In this document: piece after piece, positions 9,858 to 19,051 of the stretch
Layout of the letters: each line of letters begins with the position of its first letter
Numbering within the stretch: the stretch's first letter is position 1
Assembly: GCA_946488855.1 (NCBI GenBank)
Contig: CAMLWC010000001.1
Location: forward strand, 2,688 to 66,687
DNA length: 64,000 nt
Reading direction: 5' to 3'
DNA from: an uncultured Mycoplasmatota bacterium
Lineage (GTDB): Bacteria; Bacillota_I; Bacilli_A; RF39; UBA660
Position numbers and translations under genes: made by a program
The notes under the pieces: model-generated
Database searches by the model: none
What the model saw: only the letters and a program-made list of their open reading frames with translations
Told to the model about the DNA's origin: nothing

Positions 9858-10753
9858 ATTCACTATATAAACTATTACAAAAAGATAAAAATGTCATTTC
9901 TTGTTTATCAGATAGTGGAACTGATTATGATGAAATGATTGCTCGTGAATTTCCCACTCAAGTCATCAATTTCGGGATAAGTGAAAATAATAAAGTGGCT
10001 GCAGCGGCAGGTCTAGCCAGTTGCGGTAAAATACCATTTGTTTATACGACTAGTGCTTTTTTGGTATACCGTTCTTATGAATTTATTAGAGACGATATTT
10101 GTTTACAAAATTATAATGTTAAATTAATAGGTATGGGAAGTGGCTTATCTTGGTCAACATTAGGACCAACTCATCATACAACAGAAGATATAGCTTTATT
10201 ATATCAATTACCTAATTTAACTATTTTGTCTCCTTGTTCTCCTAAAGAATTAGAACAATGTATAGATTATGCATATAACCATATAGGACCAGTGTATGTA
10301 AGAATGGGCATGAGTAATGAAAAAGAAATATATGATGAAAATTATAAATTCATTTTTGGTAAGAATAATTTAATAAAAGAAGGTAAAGATATATCTATTT
10401 ATGTAACTGGAAGTATTATTAATGAGGTAATAGAAGCAAGTAATAAATTAGAGTCTGATGGTTTTTCTATTAAAATAGTAAATGTTGCAACTATTAAACC
10501 TTTTGATAAAAATAGTATTATAAATGAAAAAAACAAGTATATTGTTACTGTTGAAGAACAAAATATACTTGGTGGTATAGGTAGTATTATAGGTAATATC
10601 ATTGCTGAAAATAATTTAGACATAAAATTATATAAAATTGGTTTGAATGATTCTTTTGCCAAAGGATACGGAACTTATAAAGAAATGTTAAAAATGAATA
10701 ATTTAGATGGTGACAGTATTTATAATATTATCAATTCAATATTATCGCAATAG
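9839..10753 (+). CDS. transketolase, C-terminal (pyrimidine-binding) subunit
   Basis: About 300 aa, overlap-coupled to the N-terminal subunit. The pairing is typical of two-subunit transketolases. Confidence 0.8.
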   Translation: MQKAYINSLYKLLQKDKNVISCLSDSGTDYDEMIAREFPTQVINFGISENNKVAAAAGLASCGKIPFVYTTSAFLVYRSYEFIRDDICLQNYNVKLIGMGSGLSWSTLGPTHHTTEDIALLYQLPNLTILSPCSPKELEQCIDYAYNHIGPVYVRMGMSNEKEIYDENYKFIFGKNNLIKEGKDISIYVTGSIINEVIEASNKLESDGFSIKIVNVATIKPFDKNSIINEKNKYIVTVEEQNILGGIGSIIGNIIAENNLDIKLYKIGLNDSFAKGYGTYKEMLKMNNLDGDSIYNIINSILSQ

Positions 10754-11060
10754 AAACTGTATAATTTATTTCGTGTGAAATAGATAATAAAATGTTATAA
10801 TTTTTAAAAATGGCAAATGGTGCGCCATTTTTTTTGTTTAATATTTCTATTTCCTTCATATGTGGATTTTCATTGTTTAATGCTTTAATTATTGCCTCTT
10901 TAGCTGTAAATCTACCACATAAAAATTCTATTTTTTTATGACCTTTTTTTCTTTTAAATATTTCTATTTCCTTGTCCGTTAAAACGCAATTTATAAAATT
11001 ACTATCATTTATGTCTATTCTTTTGTTTTCGATGATATCAATTCCTACATTATTAATCAT
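10731..11060 (-). CDS. acpS: holo-[acyl-carrier-protein] synthase (4'-phosphopantetheinyl transferase)
   Basis: Motifs VGIDIIENKRI, GRFTAKEAIIKAL and GAPF. Start placed at MINNVGIDI behind AGAGGAAA. It overlaps the stop of the upstream tagO-like gene. Confidence 0.8.
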   Translation of the reverse strand: MINNVGIDIIENKRIDINDSNFINCVLTDKEIEIFKRKKGHKKIEFLCGRFTAKEAIIKALNNENPHMKEIEILNKKNGAPFAIFKNYNILLSISHEINYTVSIAIILN

Positions 11061-12129
11061 TTTTTTTCCTCTTGAAATCAAATTTTTCTAAAATACTTTT
11101 TTTATGTTCTATTACAACGTTTGTATTTAAAATAAATATTAAAACTAACAACATTAATATGCCATACATTACATATCCAAGTTGTCTATCCACTAATACA
11201 TATACAATAGAAGTAAATGCAAATAAAGCATCTATTAAACAAATAATTCTTACTGTTTTTTGATGAGAAAATTTCATATTTAATAATTGATGATGAATGT
11301 GAAATTTATCAGGCTTAGTAATTTTTTCATTTTTTAAATATCTTCTTATGATAGCAAAGATAGTATCTAAAAATGGAATAGCTAATATCGCAAATGGTAT
11401 AATTATAGAAGTCATTGTTACATTTTTAAATCCCAATAGTGCAATTATACTTATAATATATCCTAAGAACATAGAACCAGTATCACCCATAAATATCGAA
11501 GCAGGATGACGATTATAGGTTAAAAATCCTAAACAACAACCTAACATTATAAAACATAATATAAAATTTAATCCTTGTGAACTTTTGAATACAGCAATAC
11601 ATCCGACCGTTAAAAAGAAGATACTACTAATGCCAGCAGCCAAGCCATCTAATCCATCTATTAAATTCATACAATTAATAAAAGATAAAATAAATATTAT
11701 TGTAATTGGATAAGCAAATATGCCAAAATTAATATATATACCAAAGGCACTAATACTTGATAATAAAATGTTGCCATAAATTACAACTACTAAAGTTGCT
11801 AAGAATTGCCCAATCAATTTTGTTTTTGCATCTAAAGGTTTAATATCATCGATCATTCCAGTAATTATAATAATAAAACTACCGATAAATATTGAATTCA
11901 TTAAATCGTTTGGTTGACAAAAAGCCATATAGCCAAAGAGAAAACCTAAGAATATTGCTAGACCACCTAATCTTGGAATAGGTACTTTGTGAACCTTTCT
12001 TTTATTTGGAATATCCATAGCTCCTATATGTTCAGCTATCTTTTTTACAAAAGGTACCAATAAATAAACAAATAAAAAACAACTAAAAGTCACTAATAAT
12101 ATTTTAATAAAAATTTCTGTTGACATCAT
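11053..12129 (-). CDS. tagO: UDP-GlcNAc:undecaprenyl-phosphate GlcNAc-1-phosphate transferase (MraY/WecA family)
   Basis: Polytopic membrane protein with DDIKPL and NLIDGLDGLA motifs of glycosyltransferase family 4, placed next to a WTA locus. Confidence 0.75.
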   Translation of the reverse strand: MMSTEIFIKILLVTFSCFLFVYLLVPFVKKIAEHIGAMDIPNKRKVHKVPIPRLGGLAIFLGFLFGYMAFCQPNDLMNSIFIGSFIIIITGMIDDIKPLDAKTKLIGQFLATLVVVIYGNILLSSISAFGIYINFGIFAYPITIIFILSFINCMNLIDGLDGLAAGISSIFFLTVGCIAVFKSSQGLNFILCFIMLGCCLGFLTYNRHPASIFMGDTGSMFLGYIISIIALLGFKNVTMTSIIIPFAILAIPFLDTIFAIIRRYLKNEKITKPDKFHIHHQLLNMKFSHQKTVRIICLIDALFAFTSIVYVLVDRQLGYVMYGILMLLVLIFILNTNVVIEHKKSILEKFDFKRKKND

Positions 12130-12261
12130 TACACCTCTAAATATAATTTTATCAAATTTTTAAAAAATAGTCCATAACTATAATTACCATATTTTCCCAT
12201 TATTCTAACACACAATTTCTACATTCATTAGTTATAATGTTTATAGAAGTGAGGTGATAAT

Positions 12262-12492
12262 ATAAACATAAAAATAATTGGAACCAATTGTAGTAATGGT
12301 ATGAAATTATCTAAAATGGTTGATAAAGCAGTAGAAGAAATAAATTGTAATGCTGTTATTGATAAATTAGATGATTCATCTAAAAATAAATATGGAATTA
12401 AAAATGTTCCGGGTCTTGTAATTAATGGCCAAATAGTTAGTCAAGGAAAGGTGTTGTCTATAAGAGAAATAAAAAAATTATTATTAGCTTAA
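12262..12492 (+). CDS. thioredoxin-like 'redox-active disulfide protein 2' homolog, apparently degenerate
   Basis: The C-terminus VPGLVINGQIVSQGKVLSIREIKKLL matches the small Trx-like family. In-frame upstream residues read IKIIGTNCSNG where GxGCxxC is expected. The first ATG (12301) lies after that motif, and ATA occupies the expected start position. Confidence 0.35.
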   Translation: MNIKIIGTNCSNGMKLSKMVDKAVEEINCNAVIDKLDDSSKNKYGIKNVPGLVINGQIVSQGKVLSIREIKKLLLA

Positions 12493-12518
12493 AAGATTCT
12501 AAAATGAATCTTTTTTTC
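12492..12518 (+). terminator. rho-independent terminator
   Basis: AAGATTC-TAAAATG-GAATCTT hairpin followed by T7. Confidence 0.55.
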
Positions 12519-12570
12519 TTGTTTTTTTATTTAATATAAAGTATAATTTATATTGTAGGAAGGTGAGTTT

Positions 12571-13080
12571 GTGGATAAAAGTAAGAAAAAAGAAATAGTT
12601 AAAATGTTATTAAAAAGTAAAGAAGAAATTGATGAAGAAGAATTAATGGAATTATTATTTGATCAACCAATAGCTGTTGATGTTGATAAGTTAGATAAAA
12701 ATAATTTAAAATTTTCTGATAAAGTTGCTGATAAAATCACAGAAATAGCTGGTAGCTGGTATTTTATAATTGGATTTTCATCATTTTTGATTATTTGGAT
12801 TCTTTTAAATATTTATTTATGGGATAATGTTGATCCTTATCCATTTATTTTACTAAACTTATTATTATCATGTATTGCTGCTTTACAAGCTCCTATCATT
12901 ATGATGAGTCAAAATAGACAATCAAAAAAAGATAGTTTAAGAAATCAAAATGATTATCGTATTGATTTGAAAAGTGAACTTATTTTAGAGCAACTTCATG
13001 ATCATATTGAATTAATTATTTCTAATCAACGAAAAATTATAAAAAAATTAGAAGAAAAAGATATTGACTTAAATAAATAA
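12571..13080 (+). CDS. DUF1003 domain membrane protein
   Basis: GTG start behind GGAAGGTGAG. Two TM segments followed by the conserved QNRQSKKDSLRNQNDYRIDLK segment typical of DUF1003. Confidence 0.6.
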   Translation: MDKSKKKEIVKMLLKSKEEIDEEELMELLFDQPIAVDVDKLDKNNLKFSDKVADKITEIAGSWYFIIGFSSFLIIWILLNIYLWDNVDPYPFILLNLLLSCIAALQAPIIMMSQNRQSKKDSLRNQNDYRIDLKSELILEQLHDHIELIISNQRKIIKKLEEKDIDLNK

Positions 13081-13132
13081 GTAGTATATAATTAAATAGA
13101 AGTAGGAATGATTACTACTTTTGAGGTGAGTC

Positions 13133-13498
13133 ATGAAATATTCTAAACAACGACAAAAAATACTTGAAATTATAAATAATAGTTATGATCATCCAACTGC
13201 TTATATGATTTATGAAAAAGTAAAAAATGATATACCTGATATTAGCTTAGGAACAGTTTATCGTAATTTAAATAGTTTAGTGGAAAATAAATTGGTTAAA
13301 AGAATTCCTTTATCTATTGATAGATATGATAAAAATACTAATCATTGTCATTTATGCTGTATAAAATGTGATAATATTATTGATATTAATTTATTAGATA
13401 TTGACAAAGTTATATTAGAAAAATATAATTTCGAAGTATTAAATAGTGATATTGTTTTATTTGGAATATGTAATGAATGTAAGGAAAGGAAGAATTAA
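13133..13498 (+). CDS. Fur-family transcriptional regulator (PerR-like)
   Basis: [17 protein letters not shown] and HxHLxC / CxxC metal sites. Immediately upstream of rubrerythrin. Confidence 0.8.
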   Translation: MKYSKQRQKILEIINNSYDHPTAYMIYEKVKNDIPDISLGTVYRNLNSLVENKLVKRIPLSIDRYDKNTNHCHLCCIKCDNIIDINLLDIDKVILEKYNFEVLNSDIVLFGICNECKERKN

Positions 13499-13500
13499 TT

Positions 13501-14040
13501 ATGGAATTAAAAGGAAGTAAAACAGAACAAAATTTAATGGCTGCTTTTGCAGGAGAATCTCAAGCTAGAAATAAGTATACTTATTATGCTTCTAAAGCAA
13601 AAAAAGAAGGCTTTGAGCAAATTGCTGCTATATTTGAAGAAACAGCAGGAAATGAAAAAGAACATGCTAAAATATGGTTTAAATTATTACATGGTGGTAA
13701 TGTACCAAGTACTATCGAAAATTTAGAAGATGCTGCAGCAGGTGAAAATTATGAATGGACAGATATGTATGCAGGCTTTGCAAAAGAAGCTAAAGAAGAA
13801 GGCTTTGATCATATAGCATTTTTATTTGAAAGCGTTGGTAAAATTGAAAAAGAACACGAAGAAAGATATAAGGCTTTACTAGAAAATGTTAAAGCAGAAA
13901 AAGTATTCAATAAAGGTACAGATGAAATGTGGATTTGTCGTAATTGCGGTCATGTTCATTTTGGTAAATCTGCTCCTAAAGTATGCCCAGTTTGTGAACA
14001 TCCTCAAAGTTATTTCGAATTAAGAAAAATAAATTATTAA
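13501..14040 (+). CDS. rbr: rubrerythrin
   Basis: Ferritin-like diiron ExxH motifs (EKEH twice) plus a C-terminal rubredoxin-like CRNCG...CPVCEHP. Confidence 0.9.
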   Translation: MELKGSKTEQNLMAAFAGESQARNKYTYYASKAKKEGFEQIAAIFEETAGNEKEHAKIWFKLLHGGNVPSTIENLEDAAAGENYEWTDMYAGFAKEAKEEGFDHIAFLFESVGKIEKEHEERYKALLENVKAEKVFNKGTDEMWICRNCGHVHFGKSAPKVCPVCEHPQSYFELRKINY

Positions 14041-14065
14041 AAGCAATTTTTTGCTTTTTTTTTTT
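14041..14065 (+). terminator. rho-independent terminator
   Basis: AAGCAA-TTTT-TTGCTT hairpin followed by T9. Confidence 0.6.
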
Positions 14066-14161
14066 GATAAAATTTAAATTTAAATAAAGCATTTATAAAA
14101 ATGAAGCAAATACTTTAATTAAATAAGATATTTATTTTTTTCATATACTTTTACTTTACGC

Positions 14162-14189
14162 TTGACATTTGACAATAATGTGATAAAAT
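14162..14189 (+). promoter_or_regulatory. sigma-A type promoter (TTGACA-16-TGaTAAAAT, extended -10)
   Basis: Tandem TTGACATTTGACAA, then TGATAAAAT, then an AGGAGGG RBS 8 nt before the ATG at 14211. Confidence 0.6.
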
Positions 14190-14210
14190 TATTGTAGGAG
14201 GGTTAAGAGA

Positions 14211-14981
14211 ATGAACAAATTGAATGAATTATTACATGAACTTGGCATTTCTAAAGTAAAGTTAGCCAAATTTTTAGGAGTATCTAGACAAATGATATAC
14301 AATTATTTAGAACTAGATAATATTAATAAATGGCCAAAAGATAAAAAAGTATTATTGTTAAATTTATTAGGAGTAAAATCAGCTGAAGAAATTAATAAAA
14401 TTAAAATAACAACTGATTATATATATGAAGTAGACGATAGATTAAATTCATTAACAAAAACTGATGAAGGCGAAAATAGTTTAGTATTAGATGGTTTAGG
14501 AAAGAAACAAAAAATATTATTACAGGATATCATTGAATTATTAAAAGAAAAAGTAGAAGATGAAAACGATAGTGAAGGTTATTATATTTTATTATATTTA
14601 TATCATTATTTACAATCTTTAGATAATTCAAAAGAATTAAAGTATATTTTAGGTTATGTTTCTAAAGCTGCTGGTTTTACTAAGCCTATGGAGTTTGTTT
14701 TTGATGAAGAACAACAATTTACATTTGAAAGTATTTTATTTTCTGCATTTTCATTATATAATGGTGGTGGCGCATCTAAAACAAAATTAGCTGCTTCTCA
14801 TGAAAGATTTGTAGCACAAATTGAGCACAAAATAGAAGAAAAAATGAGTCGTACTATGGAATTAAATACTGTTAAAGTTCAAGCATTAAAAGAATTAGGC
14901 TATACTGAAATAAATGAAAATAATGCTACTGAAGTCTTTGAAAAAATAGCTGAAATACAGTCTAGAAAAGTAACAAATTAA
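14211..14981 (+). CDS. helix-turn-helix (XRE-family N-terminal domain) protein, function unknown
   Basis: N-terminal LGISKVKLAKFLGVSRQMIYNY matches an XRE HTH. The remaining ~190 aa show no recognisable motif. Confidence 0.6.
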   Translation: MNKLNELLHELGISKVKLAKFLGVSRQMIYNYLELDNINKWPKDKKVLLLNLLGVKSAEEINKIKITTDYIYEVDDRLNSLTKTDEGENSLVLDGLGKKQKILLQDIIELLKEKVEDENDSEGYYILLYLYHYLQSLDNSKELKYILGYVSKAAGFTKPMEFVFDEEQQFTFESILFSAFSLYNGGGASKTKLAASHERFVAQIEHKIEEKMSRTMELNTVKVQALKELGYTEINENNATEVFEKIAEIQSRKVTN

Positions 14982-15001
14982 AATTTTTTATTTATAGGGG
15001 T

Positions 15002-15406
15002 ATGTATATGAAAGCAGTAACAAAATTAATGATAAGAGAATTTAAGATAAAAGAGTTAGGTTATGATTTTATGGGTTATTCTTTACAGCAAGATGATATT
15101 TTTACTTTTCATCATTTAATTATTCCTAACAAATTAGGTGGAACTTCTACTATTGATAATGGTGCTGTTTTATTTAGAAGATCACATACGTATTTACATT
15201 TAATAGAATCAATTGATTATTTAAAATTTTGCTATATTACTAGTGAAATGATTAATATGAATATTAAAAGATGCTTAGATTTAAATAGCATTAAATTAAT
15301 CGACGAAATACTTTGTGAATTTGAATATGAAAATAAAGATAAAAAAAATATGAAAGATGAATTTTTAGTAAAAGACGAATATAAAATTAGACTATTAAGA
15401 AAATAA
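15002..15406 (+). CDS. small HNH-like nuclease-motif protein (putative)
   Basis: TFHHLIIPNKLGGTSTIDNGAVLFRRSHTYLH fits an HH..GG..N..H HNH pattern. It lies 20 nt after the HTH gene with its own RBS. Confidence 0.35.
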   Translation: MYMKAVTKLMIREFKIKELGYDFMGYSLQQDDIFTFHHLIIPNKLGGTSTIDNGAVLFRRSHTYLHLIESIDYLKFCYITSEMINMNIKRCLDLNSIKLIDEILCEFEYENKDKKNMKDEFLVKDEYKIRLLRK

Positions 15407-15477
15407 AATGTCTAAGTTAGATATTATTTTTTAATATCAATAGAAATGATTGAAATGTATTTTGAATATTAGTTGTA

Positions 15478-15505
15478 TTGACAATTAAATGAAATATGAT
15501 ATAAT
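15478..15505 (+). promoter_or_regulatory. near-consensus sigma-A promoter (TTGACA-16-TGaTATAAT)
   Basis: Exact TTGACA, extended -10 TGATATAAT, and an AGGAGAGG RBS before the ATG at 15536. Confidence 0.65.
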
Positions 15506-15535
15506 GTTTATTGTACATAGGAGAGGAAAAGATAT

Positions 15536-16102
15536 ATGAATAAATTGATAAATGAAGATTATTTTAAAAATATGGAACAAAAACTTGCTATTGAAAAAAT
15601 AACAGTAGAGAATTTTAAAGAGTATTATTTACGTTTAAAATTAGCTATAATTAATGGTAAATTAGAAAATCAATTGAGTTATGTTACTTCTTTAATGGGG
15701 GCTTTTATTTTCCCTGTTGAGTCAGCTGATGAAAGAGAAATAGTTGGATTAATGCTTAGTGATTTAGATAGTATAGCTACAACATTAGCACAAGAACAAA
15801 TTACAAGTATTAATTTAACTGAATATTATTCTAATTTTAAAAGTGTTTCAAGTAAACAAGCCGTTTCAAGTAAACAATTGATTGATTTTTATAATTTTTT
15901 TATGATAGCTTTTTTTGCAAAAACATCTGATGTTGATTTAGAGGAATGGCATAAATTATTGTCATCAACTAGATTAGAAAGTTGTAATTATGATGAAGTT
16001 GAAGAAGTATTTTTCTTAAGAAAGAAAATTAAAAATTTATTACGTCAAATTAAAAGAAATGATGAAATAAAGAAACCTTATATTAAAAATATAAGCAAAT
16101 AG
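15536..16102 (+). CDS. hypothetical protein
   Basis: Strong promoter and RBS. Contains an in-frame 18-bp tandem duplication (SVSSKQAVSSKQ). No recognisable domain. Confidence 0.55.
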   Translation: MNKLINEDYFKNMEQKLAIEKITVENFKEYYLRLKLAIINGKLENQLSYVTSLMGAFIFPVESADEREIVGLMLSDLDSIATTLAQEQITSINLTEYYSNFKSVSSKQAVSSKQLIDFYNFFMIAFFAKTSDVDLEEWHKLLSSTRLESCNYDEVEEVFFLRKKIKNLLRQIKRNDEIKKPYIKNISK

Positions 16103-16183
16103 TGTTAATCAAAGAGGAAAATTATATGATTGGTGATTAATATTATTTTGTCAAATTTAATGTAAAAAAATATATAAATTATA

Positions 16184-16211
16184 AAAGAATATTGAATATA
16201 TTCTTTTTTTT
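16184..16211 (+). terminator. rho-independent terminator
   Basis: AAGAATAT-TGAA-TATATTCTT hairpin followed by T8. Confidence 0.55.
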
Positions 16212-16271
16212 GATATACTAGGAAATAGTATTATTTAAAAAGACATATTATTAAGTAGTTGGAGGTATTGT

Positions 16272-17633
16272 ATGAAAAGGCATTTAAATAGAAGAGGAAA
16301 AATATTAGTTTTAAGTATGAGTTTAATCATTTTAATAAGTGGTATATTTGTAATAAAAGGATTAAATCAAAAGGAAGAGTTACATATATTAGAAAGTACA
16401 GATAATTATGATTTGAAAATTGATTATCCTAATATAGAAAATAAAAAAATAAAACAAAAAGTAGATGAATATGTAAAAAAACAAAAAGATGCTTTTCTTA
16501 ATAATGTTAAAGAAGTAGAAGATATTGAACAGCCTAAATATGATTTTAATTTGAGCGTTAATGTAAATGATTATAAAGATATTACTCATGTTTATATGTT
16601 AACATTTGCCTATACTGGAGGAGCACATTATACTAGAGATGACACAAGCTTATATTATGACAGCAAAACTAAAGAATTTGTGGATTTAAAATACTTCTTT
16701 AAAGATGAAGAATCATTTAAAAAACTATCTAGTATCGCTTATTATTATGTTTTAAAATTAGAAGATAAAAAATTTGATGAATTATGGGTTAAAAAAGGAA
16801 CTGATCCAACTATTGATAATTATAGACATTTTAATTTTAAAGATGAAGGATTAGAATTATTATTCCCACCTTATCAAGTAGCTTCATGGGCTGATGGAGA
16901 AATAAAAATTACTATACCTTATGAAGAAATAAATGATTTATTAAAAGAGGAATATAGAAATAAAAGTAAAGAAGAAGAAGTTGTAAGTATTATCCCTGAA
17001 GTAAGAGATTTAACTAAATATCAAGATAAAAAATTAATTGCTTTTACTTTTGATGATGGTCCTAGTGAAACTAATACTAATTATTTATTAGATAATTTAG
17101 ACAAGTATGATGCTAAAGTTACTTTCTTTGTTTTAGGTAGTAGGGTAAATAGTAATAAAGAAACAATTAAAAGAGCTTATTTAGAAGGTAATGATATTGG
17201 AAGTCATACATATAATCATAGAAATTTAAATTTATTAAGTGATGTTGCTTTAATGGATGAAGTTAAAAAAACAAATGATGCTATTAAAGGTGTAATTGGT
17301 AAAAGTCCAACTTTATTAAGACCTCCTTATGGTAATTTAACTGATCATGGAAAAGAACTAGCTAATATGAATATTGTTTTGTGGAATATTGATCCATTAG
17401 ATTGGAAATATAAAGATAAAAATAGAGTAGCTAATGAAATAATAGAACATGCTCATGATGGTGCTATTGTATTAGTTCATGATATATATAAATCATCAGT
17501 AGAAGGAGCTTTACTTGCTATGGAAGAATTACAAAAACAAGGTTATGCTTTTGTAACAATTAATGAAATGGCGCAATTAAGAGGTATTAAATTAGATACA
17601 ACAACATCATATTTTAGTATGAAAAAACAGTAA
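16272..17633 (+). CDS. polysaccharide deacetylase (NodB domain) with N-terminal anchor and DUF3298/DUF4163-like region (PdaC-like)
   Basis: N-terminal TM segment. C-terminal NodB motifs FTFDDGP, HTYNH and LRPPYG. Confidence 0.75.
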   Translation: MKRHLNRRGKILVLSMSLIILISGIFVIKGLNQKEELHILESTDNYDLKIDYPNIENKKIKQKVDEYVKKQKDAFLNNVKEVEDIEQPKYDFNLSVNVNDYKDITHVYMLTFAYTGGAHYTRDDTSLYYDSKTKEFVDLKYFFKDEESFKKLSSIAYYYVLKLEDKKFDELWVKKGTDPTIDNYRHFNFKDEGLELLFPPYQVASWADGEIKITIPYEEINDLLKEEYRNKSKEEEVVSIIPEVRDLTKYQDKKLIAFTFDDGPSETNTNYLLDNLDKYDAKVTFFVLGSRVNSNKETIKRAYLEGNDIGSHTYNHRNLNLLSDVALMDEVKKTNDAIKGVIGKSPTLLRPPYGNLTDHGKELANMNIVLWNIDPLDWKYKDKNRVANEIIEHAHDGAIVLVHDIYKSSVEGALLAMEELQKQGYAFVTINEMAQLRGIKLDTTTSYFSMKKQ

Positions 17634-17649
17634 AATTTTACTGTTTTTT
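17623..17649. terminator. bidirectional rho-independent terminator between convergent genes
   Basis: Palindrome AACAGTAAAA/TTTTACTGTT flanked by A6 on one side and T6 on the other. Confidence 0.6.
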
Positions 17650-19014
17650 GTATGTTATATCATAACAACTTGGTCCCATAATACAATTACCATCAATATC
17701 AAATCTTGAGCCATGACAAGGGCAATCCCAGGTTAATTCTACATCATTAAATAATAAATTGCACTTTAAGTGCGGACATTTATTATATACTATATGTTTT
17801 TTATTATCTTTATCAATATAAATACCTACATTATCATTATTAATTTTAGTAAATATGACATTTTTAGAATTCCATTTTTTATTAGGTATTAATTTATTTT
17901 CGATGAGTGTTTTAGAAACTGATAATAAATTATTAATATTATTTATTTTAAATATTAAGTTTCTTTTAGGAGAAAATAATTCATACTCTTTATCGTATAA
18001 AACGATATCACTTAATATTTTGCCTGCTATTGTACCATTAGTCATCCCCCATGTATTATAACCGGTTCCAATTAATAAATTATCTTTTAATTTTCCTATA
18101 ATAGGTAAATGATCTGCAGTCATAATATCATGATTAGACCAAATATATTCTATATCACCATAAATACTGGCTTCTTTAATTAAATCATTAAAATTTATAT
18201 TTTCATTATACTTATTAGTGATTTTATGTGATCCATTTAAATAAATTAAATTGTTATTATAGTATCGCATTGATATTGTTGGTATTTTAGATGTTATTGA
18301 AGATATTTTTTTGTTTTTAACATTTTTAACACTACACAAATAAGATCTTTCTAAATAACAATGAATTGGAGTTAATAATGGAAATAAGAAAAAAGGGTAG
18401 TGACAAGCTAATATGATTTTTTTAGCTTTTATTTTATATTTATCAGTATAAACTAAATCATGTATTTTAATAACATTTGTTTTTTCATATATTTCAATAT
18501 TATTTTTTAATAATATTTCTTTTAAATTTAATAAATATTTAATTGGATGAAATACATAAGTGTCTTTAACTGAAATAGAATTTTTATTAATATTTACTTT
18601 AATATTAAATGATTCTAATATTTCTTTTTCTTTTATTAAACTATCTTTATTTTTATCATAAACAAATGATTCTACTTGTTCTAAATCACAATCAATATTT
18701 TCTTTTTCTATTATATCTTTAATAATATTAATAGCTTGCAATTGATATTTTAAATATGGTAGTGCCTTATCTTTTAATTTTGTATATATTAATTCTTGCA
18801 AATAGGTTATTTTAGCAGTCGATTTTGATGTAACTCCGCATCCTATTTGATTTTTTTCTACTATAATCACTTTTAAATTTTTATTTATTAGCTGATAGGC
18901 TGTAGTTAAACCTGTTATCCCACCACCAATTATTAAAACATCGCATTCTATATCTTTATCTAATTTATTTACTTTATTTTGATAATCTTTTATCCAAATA
19001 CTTTGTTTTTTCAT
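17638..19014 (-). CDS. FAD-dependent oxidoreductase fused to a C-terminal Rieske [2Fe-2S] domain
   Basis: VLIIGGGITGLTTAY dinucleotide fold. C-terminal CPHLKC...CPCHGSRF Rieske motif. Start placed at MKKQSIW behind a GGTGATAGG RBS. Confidence 0.7.
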   Translation of the reverse strand: MKKQSIWIKDYQNKVNKLDKDIECDVLIIGGGITGLTTAYQLINKNLKVIIVEKNQIGCGVTSKSTAKITYLQELIYTKLKDKALPYLKYQLQAINIIKDIIEKENIDCDLEQVESFVYDKNKDSLIKEKEILESFNIKVNINKNSISVKDTYVFHPIKYLLNLKEILLKNNIEIYEKTNVIKIHDLVYTDKYKIKAKKIILACHYPFFLFPLLTPIHCYLERSYLCSVKNVKNKKISSITSKIPTISMRYYNNNLIYLNGSHKITNKYNENINFNDLIKEASIYGDIEYIWSNHDIMTADHLPIIGKLKDNLLIGTGYNTWGMTNGTIAGKILSDIVLYDKEYELFSPKRNLIFKINNINNLLSVSKTLIENKLIPNKKWNSKNVIFTKINNDNVGIYIDKDNKKHIVYNKCPHLKCNLLFNDVELTWDCPCHGSRFDIDGNCIMGPSCYDITYKKQ

Positions 19015-19051
19015 CCTATCACCAATATTAATATGCACAAAAAAAGCAAGA

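Noticed and set aside
9042-10753. Transketolase split into two ORFs, which could be read as a frameshifted pseudogene.
   Set aside because: Two-subunit transketolases (N-terminal TPP subunit plus C-terminal subunit) are a normal arrangement in Clostridia and archaea. Both ORFs are intact and overlap-coupled.
16141-16160. A TTGACAAAAT element resembling the duplicated cassette promoter near 16150 on the minus strand.
   Set aside because: It has no matching -10 at proper spacing and no downstream minus-strand gene. It is likely a chance occurrence in AT-rich DNA.
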